From the NCBI GenBank assembly GCA_050173015.1, contig JBFXLE010000006.1:64001-128000 (forward strand): a DNA stretch of 64,000 bases. Reading direction: 5' to 3'. The position numbers were made by a program, and so were the translations under genes. The notes under the pieces are model-generated. The model saw only the letters and a program-made list of their open reading frames with translations, was not told where the DNA came from and did no database searches. Below are positions 37,374 through 46,300 of this stretch, one piece after another. Numbering within the stretch: position 1 is the first letter of the stretch; each line of letters begins with the position of its first letter. Source of the DNA: Calditrichaceae bacterium. GTDB taxonomy: Bacteria > Calditrichota > Calditrichia > Calditrichales > JBFXGD01.

Positions 37374-37841
37374 TCAGTCGATGTCGAAGAAATAATTCTC
37401 CTCCTCTTTGATCAGTTCCATTGCCGCATCGGGAGTTTTGCAGTCCAGCAGCTGATCACGTAATTCTTCATTGCTCATTAAACGGGAAATTCGGCTGAGC
37501 AGTTTAATATGTAAACCGGGATTGTTTTCGGGACCGACGAGCAGAAAAATAATCTTCACTTTTTTCTTGTCGATAGATTCAAAGTCAACACCCTTGCGGA
37601 AGATGCCCATGGCTACAGCGAAATTGGGGCATGAACTATGCTTGCAGTGCGGGATGGCAATCCCGTTGCCAACACCGGTTGTCATTATTTTTTCACGTTC
37701 AAGAACTGCTTCATAGGCCTTATCGACATCACTGATCTGGTCGCCGACAAGAGTGATTAACTCTTTGATAGATTCGTTTCTTGTTCCTGATTTGAGTGGA
37801 ATCTGAATATATTTATCCAGTAAAATATCCGTTAATCGCAT
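37374..37841 (-). CDS. PTS EIIA (Ntr/fructose-mannitol type) protein
   Basis: LEREKIMTTGVGNGIAIPH (phospho-His), GVDFESID and HIKLLSRISR motifs. Confidence 0.92.
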   Translation of the reverse strand: MRLTDILLDKYIQIPLKSGTRNESIKELITLVGDQISDVDKAYEAVLEREKIMTTGVGNGIAIPHCKHSSCPNFAVAMGIFRKGVDFESIDKKKVKIIFLLVGPENNPGLHIKLLSRISRLMSNEELRDQLLDCKTPDAAMELIKEEENYFFDID

Positions 37842-37912
37842 TGGTCCTCCATAGACTTATTTTAATAAATTTAATTAATTATCTAAAAGATACCAATAGT
37901 TTTATTAATTGT

Positions 37913-37941
37913 TTGACATAAAAAATTGATTTAGGTAAATT
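37913..37941 (+). promoter_or_regulatory. Putative sigma70 promoter for the second EIIA operon
   Basis: TTGACA(37913-37918)-N17-TAAATT(37936-37941). Confidence 0.6.
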
Positions 37942-37964
37942 TTAAGCTACATCAGGGAGGTTAT

Positions 37965-38417
37965 ATGAATTTAAGCGAATATTTGCCGGCAAATCACATT
38001 AAGGCAAAATTGGAAGGCGAGACAAAATTTCAGATTATTGAAGAACTGCTGGATGTTCTTGTAAGCAGTAAAAAAATTGTAAATAAGGAAGCGGCTCTTC
38101 AGGATGTGCTTGCGAGAGAAGGTTATCTCAGCACAGGGCTCGAAAACGGTCTGGCCATTCCTCACGCGAAAACAGACGGAGTTGATAAACTCGTAGTGGC
38201 GTTTGGTCTGAAAAAAGGCGGGGTTGATTTTGAATCATTGGACGGCAAACCCGCGAATTTGATTTTTTTGGTTCTCTCTCCAAGGGATACATCAGGGCCT
38301 CATATCCAGGCGTTGGCGAACATCTCACGCACGTTAAAAGAACGTACGATTCGGGACGCTATCCTGAATGCCGAAACCTCCGAAGAGATTGGTGATTTAT
38401 TTAAAGCTGAATTTTAA
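37965..38417 (+). CDS. PTS EIIA (Ntr/fructose-mannitol type) protein, divergent paralog
   Basis: LAREGYLSTGLENGLAIPHAK, GVDFESLDG and HIQALANISR motifs; RBS GGAGG. Confidence 0.92.
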   Translation: MNLSEYLPANHIKAKLEGETKFQIIEELLDVLVSSKKIVNKEAALQDVLAREGYLSTGLENGLAIPHAKTDGVDKLVVAFGLKKGGVDFESLDGKPANLIFLVLSPRDTSGPHIQALANISRTLKERTIRDAILNAETSEEIGDLFKAEF

Positions 38418-38443
38418 TCCACACACCGTGTCTGGAATTACGC

Positions 38444-39385
38444 ATGGATATAGAAAAGAAATTTAAGCCTTATCTTCGTTTGATCGATGATGAGCTCAGT
38501 CAGATTCACGGTAATGAACGTGTCACGCAATTCTATGAACCGATCCGATATGTGCTGGGGCTCAGGAGCAAAAAGATCAGGCCGCTTCTGGTTATGCTGT
38601 CGGCAGGCGCTGTCGGAGGGAATATTAAAGATGCCAGATTCCCGGCGGCGGCAGTCGAACTGCTCCATGACTTTACACTGGTCCATGACGATATCATGGA
38701 TAATGACAATACCAGAAGGGGACTGCCCACCGTTCATGTCAAATGGGATATAAATACGGCGATATTGGCTGGTGACGGACTGGTAGGATTTGCGTTTCAA
38801 AAATTATTAAAAACCCCGTCAGGGCCTATCCGGGAAATGGCGAGCCGTTTTACCGACGCGATGATTGTGATCTGTGAAGGGCAGGGTCTGGATAAAATGT
38901 TTGAAGATCAGGCCTACATTACCGTTGACGACTATAATGACATGATAGCGAGAAAAACCGCCGCGCTGATTGAATTGTCCTGTGAGCTTGGAGCCATGGC
39001 AGGTAACGGCAGCGAATCAGATGTCCGGCATCTCAGAGAATTTGGTTTTGCCCTTGGAATGGGCTTTCAGATCCAGGATGATTTGTTGGATATTATGGCG
39101 GATGAAAATTTGCTTGGAAAGAAAGTCGGCAGTGATTTTGCCATGCATAAACAGACCATTCTTACATTAAAGCTGCAGGAAAGAATCGGGCGGGAAAAAT
39201 TCAACCATCTGAAACTTGAAGACTACAGGAGCGCGCTTAGCGAATCGCGGGTTCTTGACGAAGTAACGAGTATTTATGAAGAATATTTCAAGACCGCTTA
39301 TAGTCGATTAAAAAATCTGCCTCAGAATGATGAAACCAGTTTGCTTTATCAATTAACAGACTATATTAAAAATCGCTCATGGTAA
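38444..39385 (+). CDS. Polyprenyl diphosphate synthase (GGPP synthase-like)
   Basis: ELLHDFTLVHDDIMD..RRG, GQGLD, KT and FQIQDDLLD motifs. Confidence 0.92.
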   Translation: MDIEKKFKPYLRLIDDELSQIHGNERVTQFYEPIRYVLGLRSKKIRPLLVMLSAGAVGGNIKDARFPAAAVELLHDFTLVHDDIMDNDNTRRGLPTVHVKWDINTAILAGDGLVGFAFQKLLKTPSGPIREMASRFTDAMIVICEGQGLDKMFEDQAYITVDDYNDMIARKTAALIELSCELGAMAGNGSESDVRHLREFGFALGMGFQIQDDLLDIMADENLLGKKVGSDFAMHKQTILTLKLQERIGREKFNHLKLEDYRSALSESRVLDEVTSIYEEYFKTAYSRLKNLPQNDETSLLYQLTDYIKNRSW

Positions 39386-39867
39386 AATATATTTTTGCCG
39401 TAGTTATTCTTATTTCACTGAATGCGTGTGTCTCGACGTCCGGGATGTCTCGTAACCGTATCACCGCAGACAGAAATGATCCAGTGAGGCAGCGTCTGCT
39501 GGATGTTTCCGCGGATTGGATCTCCGTTCCTTATGGATACGGCGGGACAGACAGAAACGGCGTGGACTGCTCCGGATTGGTTAAGCAAATATTTGATGAA
39601 GCATTTCAGCTGGATTTACCCCGAACCACCGATGAACTTTACGCTAGCGGACAATTTGTGCGTGATCCGTGGATCATGCCCGGTGATCTTCTGTTTTTTA
39701 AGAACATACGGGGCAGGGGAGTGGATCATGTCGGGATTTATCTTGGTGATGGTGAATTTCTTCACGCGTCGAGTCAACAGGGTGTCATCATATCTGATTT
39801 CAATACACCATACTATAAACAACATTATTCCGGCGCCCGCCGTTATTTGTCTTCCCCGAGTAAATGA
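39379..39867 (+). CDS. NlpC/P60 (C40) cell-wall peptidase lipoprotein
   Basis: Lipobox LNAC; PYGYGG, DCSG, HVGIYLG and HAS motifs. Confidence 0.92.
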   Translation: MVKYIFAVVILISLNACVSTSGMSRNRITADRNDPVRQRLLDVSADWISVPYGYGGTDRNGVDCSGLVKQIFDEAFQLDLPRTTDELYASGQFVRDPWIMPGDLLFFKNIRGRGVDHVGIYLGDGEFLHASSQQGVIISDFNTPYYKQHYSGARRYLSSPSK

Positions 39868-40208
39868 TTTATAAGCGTCTCGATCGACTGCCGGACCGAA
39901 GCGGGCATTAAGGCGATCTTTTTCGCGAGAGCTAAATCGGCATCATAATACAAAGAATTGTCCCTGACTTTTCCGCTTTTACTTTCATTAGAATAGAGAT
40001 AACTTTTCTCGCCGGTTAGTATCCATTCCACCGTGGTCTGCCCCATTTTTGCGATTTCCAGAAGGATTTGCGGAGGGGGAATGCGGTTTTTTAAATATTT
40101 GCTGACGGCCGGCTGACTTATGCCGAGTTCCTCGGCCAACTGCTCCTGATTATATCCTCTTTGTCTTCTGATAAGATCAACGCGTCGCGCGATTTCTGTC
40201 TGATTCAT
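39843..40208 (-). CDS. XRE/Cro-CI family HTH transcriptional regulator
   Basis: NQEQLAEELGISQPAVSKY helix-turn-helix; VEWILTG. Confidence 0.88.
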   Translation of the reverse strand: MNQTEIARRVDLIRRQRGYNQEQLAEELGISQPAVSKYLKNRIPPPQILLEIAKMGQTTVEWILTGEKSYLYSNESKSGKVRDNSLYYDADLALAKKIALMPASVRQSIETLINHLLGEDK

Positions 40209-40296
40209 AATAATTATTGGAATTTTTTATAATGGTTGTTATATTGTGATTGTTATAATAAAATTACATTTGGAATATATATAAAAATCTAACAAC

Positions 40297-41601
40297 ATGC
40301 AAGAAACAGAATTATATCAATACTGGCAGTATTATGCAAGAAAAGGTTCCTCATTTAATACGCAGGGGCACACGCTCAAAATATTGAGTCAGGGACAGTT
40401 CAATTTCTCCAGAGGGCCTGATATCCGCGGAGCAAAGTTTAATCTTGACGGAGTGATTTATCACGGAGATGTGGAGTTCCATGTTCTACCGGTGGACTGG
40501 TATCGTCATCAGCATCATCTTGACAGAGCTTTTCAAAATGTGATTCTTCATCTGGTGGGTGATGATCCCGGTTCCGAGTCCGGAAAAATCAGCCACGGTC
40601 TTGATGGCCGGATTATCCCAACCTTTATCCTTCCCAAGCCTGATACATCCCGTTTTCCGGCTCATCCTGGTACATACTGCCGGGAGCGCGCATCCTTCCG
40701 GACAGGGTTAAAAAAGAATCTTGAACTGCTTGCTCTTGAACGTCTTCGGATCAAAGTCCGGCAATTTACACATTTATTAAATTATCAGTCGCCGGAAGAC
40801 CTTCTTTATAAGTACATTTTCAGGGCATTGGGTTATCCTCATAACGCAAACGCGTTCGAGCAATTGGCCGAAAGACTCGAATGGCCGTGGATGCTCTGGT
40901 GGACAGAAAATATATCCGACAATCCTGAGATATTGTATTCGGTTTATGCCGGACACGCGTCTTTTCTTCCAGAGAAATCTCCGGATCCTGAAATCGCGCA
41001 AATGATCAATATTTATAAAAATGCAAAAAGTTACTTTAAAAGCGCTCCGATTGACCCCGGGCAATGGCAGTTTGCTTCAACACGTCCCGTAAATCATCCA
41101 CATTTCAGGTTGGCGGCCTGGGTATGGTTATTAAATCATAATCATTTTGAATCACCTCACTCTGTATTTACGGAAATTCTGAGTTCGAGGAGCGGGTACC
41201 ATCTAACCTACCGGAAAATTCTGGATTATTTCAGAATAAAAGTGAATCATTACTGGTTGAAACATTCTGCTCTTGGAAGAGTACGTACGGGTGTTGTGCC
41301 TGACTATTTTTTCGGGGAAGCGAGAATAAGCGAACTTATTGTTAACGTATTGCTTCCTATCTACATCGCGATCGCCGGCCGGAATGGAAGTAGCGGCTTC
41401 CAAACCTATCTTGAGTCATTTTATCTCTGGCTTCCCATGAGGGTTTCGTACAGATCCTTACAGCAAAATTTCTCGTTTTATTCAGATTGTAAAACTGTCT
41501 GGAACGGGCAGGGGATGCAGCAGGCGCTTTTGCATCTCGAAAGCGGCTTCTGTTTGTTAAGGGTTTGTAACCGTTGTCCGCTTAAACGTAAAAACGATTG
41601 A
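40297..41601 (+). CDS. DUF2851 family protein
   Basis: E.ELYQYW, GQFN...GPDI, GDVEFH...DWYRHQHH.D..F.NVILHLV, RPVNHP..RL and NVLLP motifs; C-terminal C-x4-C-x2-C. Confidence 0.85.
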   Translation: MQETELYQYWQYYARKGSSFNTQGHTLKILSQGQFNFSRGPDIRGAKFNLDGVIYHGDVEFHVLPVDWYRHQHHLDRAFQNVILHLVGDDPGSESGKISHGLDGRIIPTFILPKPDTSRFPAHPGTYCRERASFRTGLKKNLELLALERLRIKVRQFTHLLNYQSPEDLLYKYIFRALGYPHNANAFEQLAERLEWPWMLWWTENISDNPEILYSVYAGHASFLPEKSPDPEIAQMINIYKNAKSYFKSAPIDPGQWQFASTRPVNHPHFRLAAWVWLLNHNHFESPHSVFTEILSSRSGYHLTYRKILDYFRIKVNHYWLKHSALGRVRTGVVPDYFFGEARISELIVNVLLPIYIAIAGRNGSSGFQTYLESFYLWLPMRVSYRSLQQNFSFYSDCKTVWNGQGMQQALLHLESGFCLLRVCNRCPLKRKND

Positions 41602-41626
41602 CAGTTAGTTTAAAAATATTTATACT
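41598..41626 (+). promoter_or_regulatory. Near-consensus sigma70 promoter for the MgtC-like gene
   Basis: TTGACA(41598-41603)-N17-TATACT(41621-41626), overlapping the DUF2851 stop codon. Confidence 0.7.
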
Positions 41627-41676
41627 TAAAATGTATGAGTTAAATTTTAGTATCCGCGCTATTCTAAGGAGCATGG

Positions 41677-42117
41677 ATGAGTATCGATTCCGGCTGGATT
41701 GAAATCGCGTATATGCTAATAAAGCTTGCAATCGCGGGTTTGTGCGGCGCGATTATCGGTTTGGAATACAAAAGCAATCCGACTACTTATGTTATTGTTC
41801 TGATAAGTGTGGGCTCGGCAGTTTTTACCATGGTTCCCCTCAGTAACGGATTCGGGGTAATGACCGGACCGCAATCCGGATTAATTTCCCCGGTGGTTGT
41901 CTCTATCGGTCTGATAACAGCAGGTGTGATTGTCAAAAATCATGATATTCGGGCCGGACTAAAAATGGGCGCAGCCATGTGGATTTCCGGCGCGGTTGGG
42001 CTGGCGGTGGGAGCCGGCGCTTATATTCCCGCCGTAATTGTCACTCTCATCGGATATGTTCTGATTGGTAAAATGGAGCCGGTGGAGGACAAGGATTCTG
42101 ACAGTGATCGCTTTTAA
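41677..42117 (+). CDS. MgtC/SapB-family membrane protein (short, divergent)
   Basis: LAIAGLCGAIIGLE, GSAVFTM, IGLITAGVI and GLKMGAAMWISGAVGLAVGAG motifs. Confidence 0.75.
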   Translation: MSIDSGWIEIAYMLIKLAIAGLCGAIIGLEYKSNPTTYVIVLISVGSAVFTMVPLSNGFGVMTGPQSGLISPVVVSIGLITAGVIVKNHDIRAGLKMGAAMWISGAVGLAVGAGAYIPAVIVTLIGYVLIGKMEPVEDKDSDSDRF

Positions 42118-42177
42118 TCATAAAAGATTTAATTAAAGTTATTAAGGTCGTAACTCAAAAAACAGGATGAAAAGCAT

Positions 42178-42414
42178 ATGGAATTTGTATGGTTTGATCC
42201 AATCATGATCAGAAATTTTATCTATGCCATCTTCGGGGTACTGGTTGGCATGTTTTCATCAATCGGCACCTATAAGCTGGTGAACAGAACAACACGCTTC
42301 GATATACCGAACGAATTGGAAAAAGGCAATCTGGCGGTTGGTGTCGTCGTCGGCGGAATATTTATTATGATCGGATTAATTGTTGGATTAATCATTGGAA
42401 TGAGCCTGAATTAG
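42178..42414 (+). CDS. DUF350 small membrane protein
   Basis: Two TM helices flanking T.FDI..ELEKGNLAVGVV. Confidence 0.8.
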   Translation: MEFVWFDPIMIRNFIYAIFGVLVGMFSSIGTYKLVNRTTRFDIPNELEKGNLAVGVVVGGIFIMIGLIVGLIIGMSLN

Positions 42415-43161
42415 ATGAAATACCTTAGTATTATAGCGGCAGGTGTATTTTTGATGCTGCTTGGGTCATGTCAGTCTCCTTCCTCCAGACAATCAGCTTT
42501 CATGAATGATGACAGCCTGAAGCAGCAAATCGAAAAACATATCGCTGAAAAGAAACGACTCGGGCAGCTCAGCCTTCAGATTTCGGAGGGCCGGATGGGG
42601 GAGGCTATTGCCAAATATAAACCGATCATTAAAAAATATTCAAAGAGATATGGATTTGACTGGAGATTGATCGTTGCTCAGATCGTCCAGGAATCAGGTT
42701 TCAATACACAGGCGAAGAGCAGGGTGGGCGCGCACGGATTGATGCAGATAATGCCGGCGACCGCCAGTGAAATAAGCAAGGAACTGGACATTGACTATAT
42801 TATGAAAAATCCCCGCGAAAATATAACAGCAGGTATCTATCATTTGAAAAAGCAGTACCGGTATTATCCGGACGCTGACTTTCCGGATCGGACACGTCTC
42901 GCGCTTGCCAGCTATAACGGAGGCGCAGGCCGGGTGTTTGATGCACAGGATATCGCGAGATATTATAAACTTCCTCCCAACCAATGGACGACAGTCCGCC
43001 CTTATCTGACGATGCTTAAAAAAACCGACTGGGAACTTCATTTGCAGGTCTGGCCGGAAGGAAGACCCAAATACGGTTATTTTTACGGTTATAACGAGAC
43101 AATCAATTATGTTGATAATATTTGGGATTTATACCAATCCTTTATACATATTTTAATGTAA
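42415..43161 (+). CDS. Lytic transglycosylase lipoprotein (MltF-like SLT domain only)
   Basis: Lipobox LGSC; DWRLIVAQIVQESGF, GAHGLMQIMPATA, ASYNGG and ETINYV motifs. Confidence 0.9.
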   Translation: MKYLSIIAAGVFLMLLGSCQSPSSRQSAFMNDDSLKQQIEKHIAEKKRLGQLSLQISEGRMGEAIAKYKPIIKKYSKRYGFDWRLIVAQIVQESGFNTQAKSRVGAHGLMQIMPATASEISKELDIDYIMKNPRENITAGIYHLKKQYRYYPDADFPDRTRLALASYNGGAGRVFDAQDIARYYKLPPNQWTTVRPYLTMLKKTDWELHLQVWPEGRPKYGYFYGYNETINYVDNIWDLYQSFIHILM

Positions 43162-43319
43162 TCTCGTTGTTCTCACCTCAAAAAGTAGTTCAATTCTAAA
43201 TTTTTTATTGATTGTGCCGTAATATTAATGATGTGACTCAGGTCATTGTTATCAATTATGTCATTTTAAATATTGATATTGAAAAGGAAATCATCATCAG
43301 GTAAAGGGAAATTACATAT

Positions 43320-46300
43320 ATGAAATTTAAAATACTATCAACCCTCATATTACTTTTAGTGTTATCACTGTTCTGTGAGATAAATATATTGTACGCTCAG
43401 GATATTACAGAATCCTTTTGGGTGAGTCCGTCGGGCAATGATACGAATGACGGAAGCAGGACCACACCGTTCGCTTCGATAAATTACGCCATTTCAAAAA
43501 TCAGCGCCGGCGACACGGTTTTTATTGAGCCGGGGGATTACTACGAACAGATTATTATTCATAATCAGCCCGATTTTTTACTGACGGGATCCGATCCGCA
43601 ATTCCCAGCAACCGTCATAGCGCCCGGAGCCGGGCCTGTTTTATCAGTGAACAGCGATACCCTGTCAAATTCTAATAATATGGAGATCCGGAATCTCAGG
43701 TTAACCCATGCGGACAAAGACAGCCTTGGAGTCGGTATCGAGATTATCAACAGCGGGCCCTCTATATCAAATTGTATCATTGTGAACAATAAATCGGTTG
43801 AGGGCGGTGGGATTAAAATATTATCAGCAGGCGTGTCGGCTAAACCGCTGATACAAAAATGCGATATTTTTGGAAACAACGCCGATTCGGGCGCCGGTGT
43901 CTATGCTGAAAACAGCTCGGTCACGATATTAGATTCTAGAATCCACGAAAATGATTCGAGGCTTGGCGGCGCCTTAGGATATTTTAATTCATACGGTTTA
44001 ATTTTTCAAAATAATCAGGTATATAACAATCACGCGGAAAGCGGCGGCGGGATATACATTGACGCGCAAACTGCCGCAGAAGTTATCCGGAACGAATTGA
44101 ATGAAAATACGATTTTCCATAATCAGTCGTCAAAGGATGGTGGTGGAATATATGCCACAGGTGACGCGGTGGATTTGCTGTTAAACGCAAACAGTATCGC
44201 AGAAAACCGGGCGGATTCGAATGGGGGAGGTCTTTTGGTTTCCGGTGCCGGCGAATCATCTCTTCAGGATAATATTATTGTCGGAAACACCGGAGCAAAA
44301 AAGGGCGGAGCGATTTATCTATCCGCCATGCTTAAATCGGTAAATCTCTGGTCAAATCATATTTCAGGCAATCACGCCGGCGCGCAGGGCGGGGCCGTAT
44401 ATATTCACTCCGCGGCTGCATTGATCGCGGGTGGAGCGGCGGAACTTCAAAACGATTTTTTTCATAATCATGCCAGCGGCGGACTTAATAATATATATTC
44501 TGAAAACACCATATCATTTCTTGAGTTAAGCCTTAATTACTGGGGAAAAACACAGGAATCCGAAATATTAGCTACAATTGCTGTTCCTGATCTGATGAAC
44601 AATGACACATGGAAAACAGCCGCCAAGACTCCAAAACCGGTGATACTGAAACTTCAGCCGGAAAGACCATTCTACTGGTTTGGCGACGGGTCAATAGAAC
44701 TGATGGAGGAAGGATTCAATTTTCTCAATGACAGCTTAATAACAGTGACGACTTTTACCGACACATCATTCGCGACCCCTCCGGATGATACCGGTTTTCC
44801 AAAACTATATGAGTTTGATTTTTCCGGCATGTCTGAAAACAATGTATTCAATTTAAGGCTCACTCCTGATTTTGATGAACTGGCCTTAGCGGGAAATCCT
44901 GATTTAAAAAATCTGAATATTATATTCGAAGACACCCTGAATTCAAACTGGTTTTCACTGCCCACGCTTACCGATATGTCAACCGGAGAACTAAAGACAT
45001 TCATTACTGTGGTGCCGGGAAAGAAATTTACGATCGGCCGGCTGGCGCCGGTTCAGGATTCGCTTTTTTATACATGGCCGTTGCCAAATCAGGCGGATGT
45101 TCCAAATAATTCGGATATACAAATCTGGTTTCAAAAAACAATGGATGAATCCACCATACTTGCGGAAAGTATATCCATTTACGGAGGTCAGAGTGGATTT
45201 ATAAGATTCAATCACTTTTATGATTCCGACGCGGGTCTGCTCACTCTCCGATCCGAAAAACCCTTTATAAACGGGGAGGAGATACGGGTAACACTGAAGG
45301 ATACTATCGCAGCCGGCGATGGTTCAACCCTCGCGGACGGATATAGCTGGAGATTCATCACGGCTGCTTTTCGCGGCAGCGGTGATTTTCTGAAGCGGGA
45401 CATTCCGCATCAGTCGGGAGGCTTTTATCAAATAAGACCCGTACATTTGAACGATGACCGAATCCCCGAATTACTGCAGTTCGGTGGCAATCATCTCACC
45501 GTTTACCAAAAGGAAGATAATCTTTTATATTCACAGCAGTTCGATACTGTTCTCGCCGAGACCTACAATATTATCAGAACCGCGGATATTAATTATGACA
45601 GTCGGGCCGACCTTCTGTTGTTTAATGATTCAAAAATGATAGTGTATTATTATGATTCCCAGGCGGGGGGACTCACAGAAGTACTTCAGAAGAATATCGG
45701 TACCGGCGCAGGGTTAAAAGACGTTGTCATCAGAGATTTCAATAATGACGGTGTTCTGGATATCAGTCTCCTGTGGTCGGGAATTGTTTTAAATCAGCTT
45801 GATCTTTATCAGGGAAGTTTTCAGCCGGTTCTGGATTGGTCCGGCCCCAATTCAACGATTCTCAGCGGCAATTCGGACGCATTGGCGCCGATGGACATCG
45901 ACGGTGACGGCCTGATAGATCTGGCGCTGACAAGAGGTTTGGCTGATGATAATATTACACTCCTAAAAAATCAAAGCGGTGCATTTTTAGACCTCATGTC
46001 ACTCTTTTCGGGAATCGGGAATCAAAGCAGGATTGACGCGGCAAATATCTGGCATGACAATAACTATGCAAACCAAAAAGAAATCATACTTTCAGGGTGG
46101 AATTTTTTATCGGGCAAACATGAAATCAGCTTGTTCAATAGTGATGCTGATGGGAATTTATCACCGGCTTTCCAGGGTGAATTACCCGATTCAATTATGG
46201 ATGTTACCACCGCGGATTTCAATTCAGACGGATATCTTGACCTGGCGGTAAGTCTGGCAAACGGTGATGTAATAGTATATCCAAGCAGAGACGGCGGGCT

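Noticed and set aside
39843-43161. Prophage remnant (XRE repressor, transglycosylase, small membrane proteins as holins)
   Set aside because: No integrase, terminase or structural genes and no att repeats seen; the SLT is an MltF-like lipoprotein and the neighbours are housekeeping genes
43232-43247. CRP-like site TGTGA-N6-TCATT upstream of the giant protein
   Set aside because: Only one good half-site in AT-rich DNA; insufficient support
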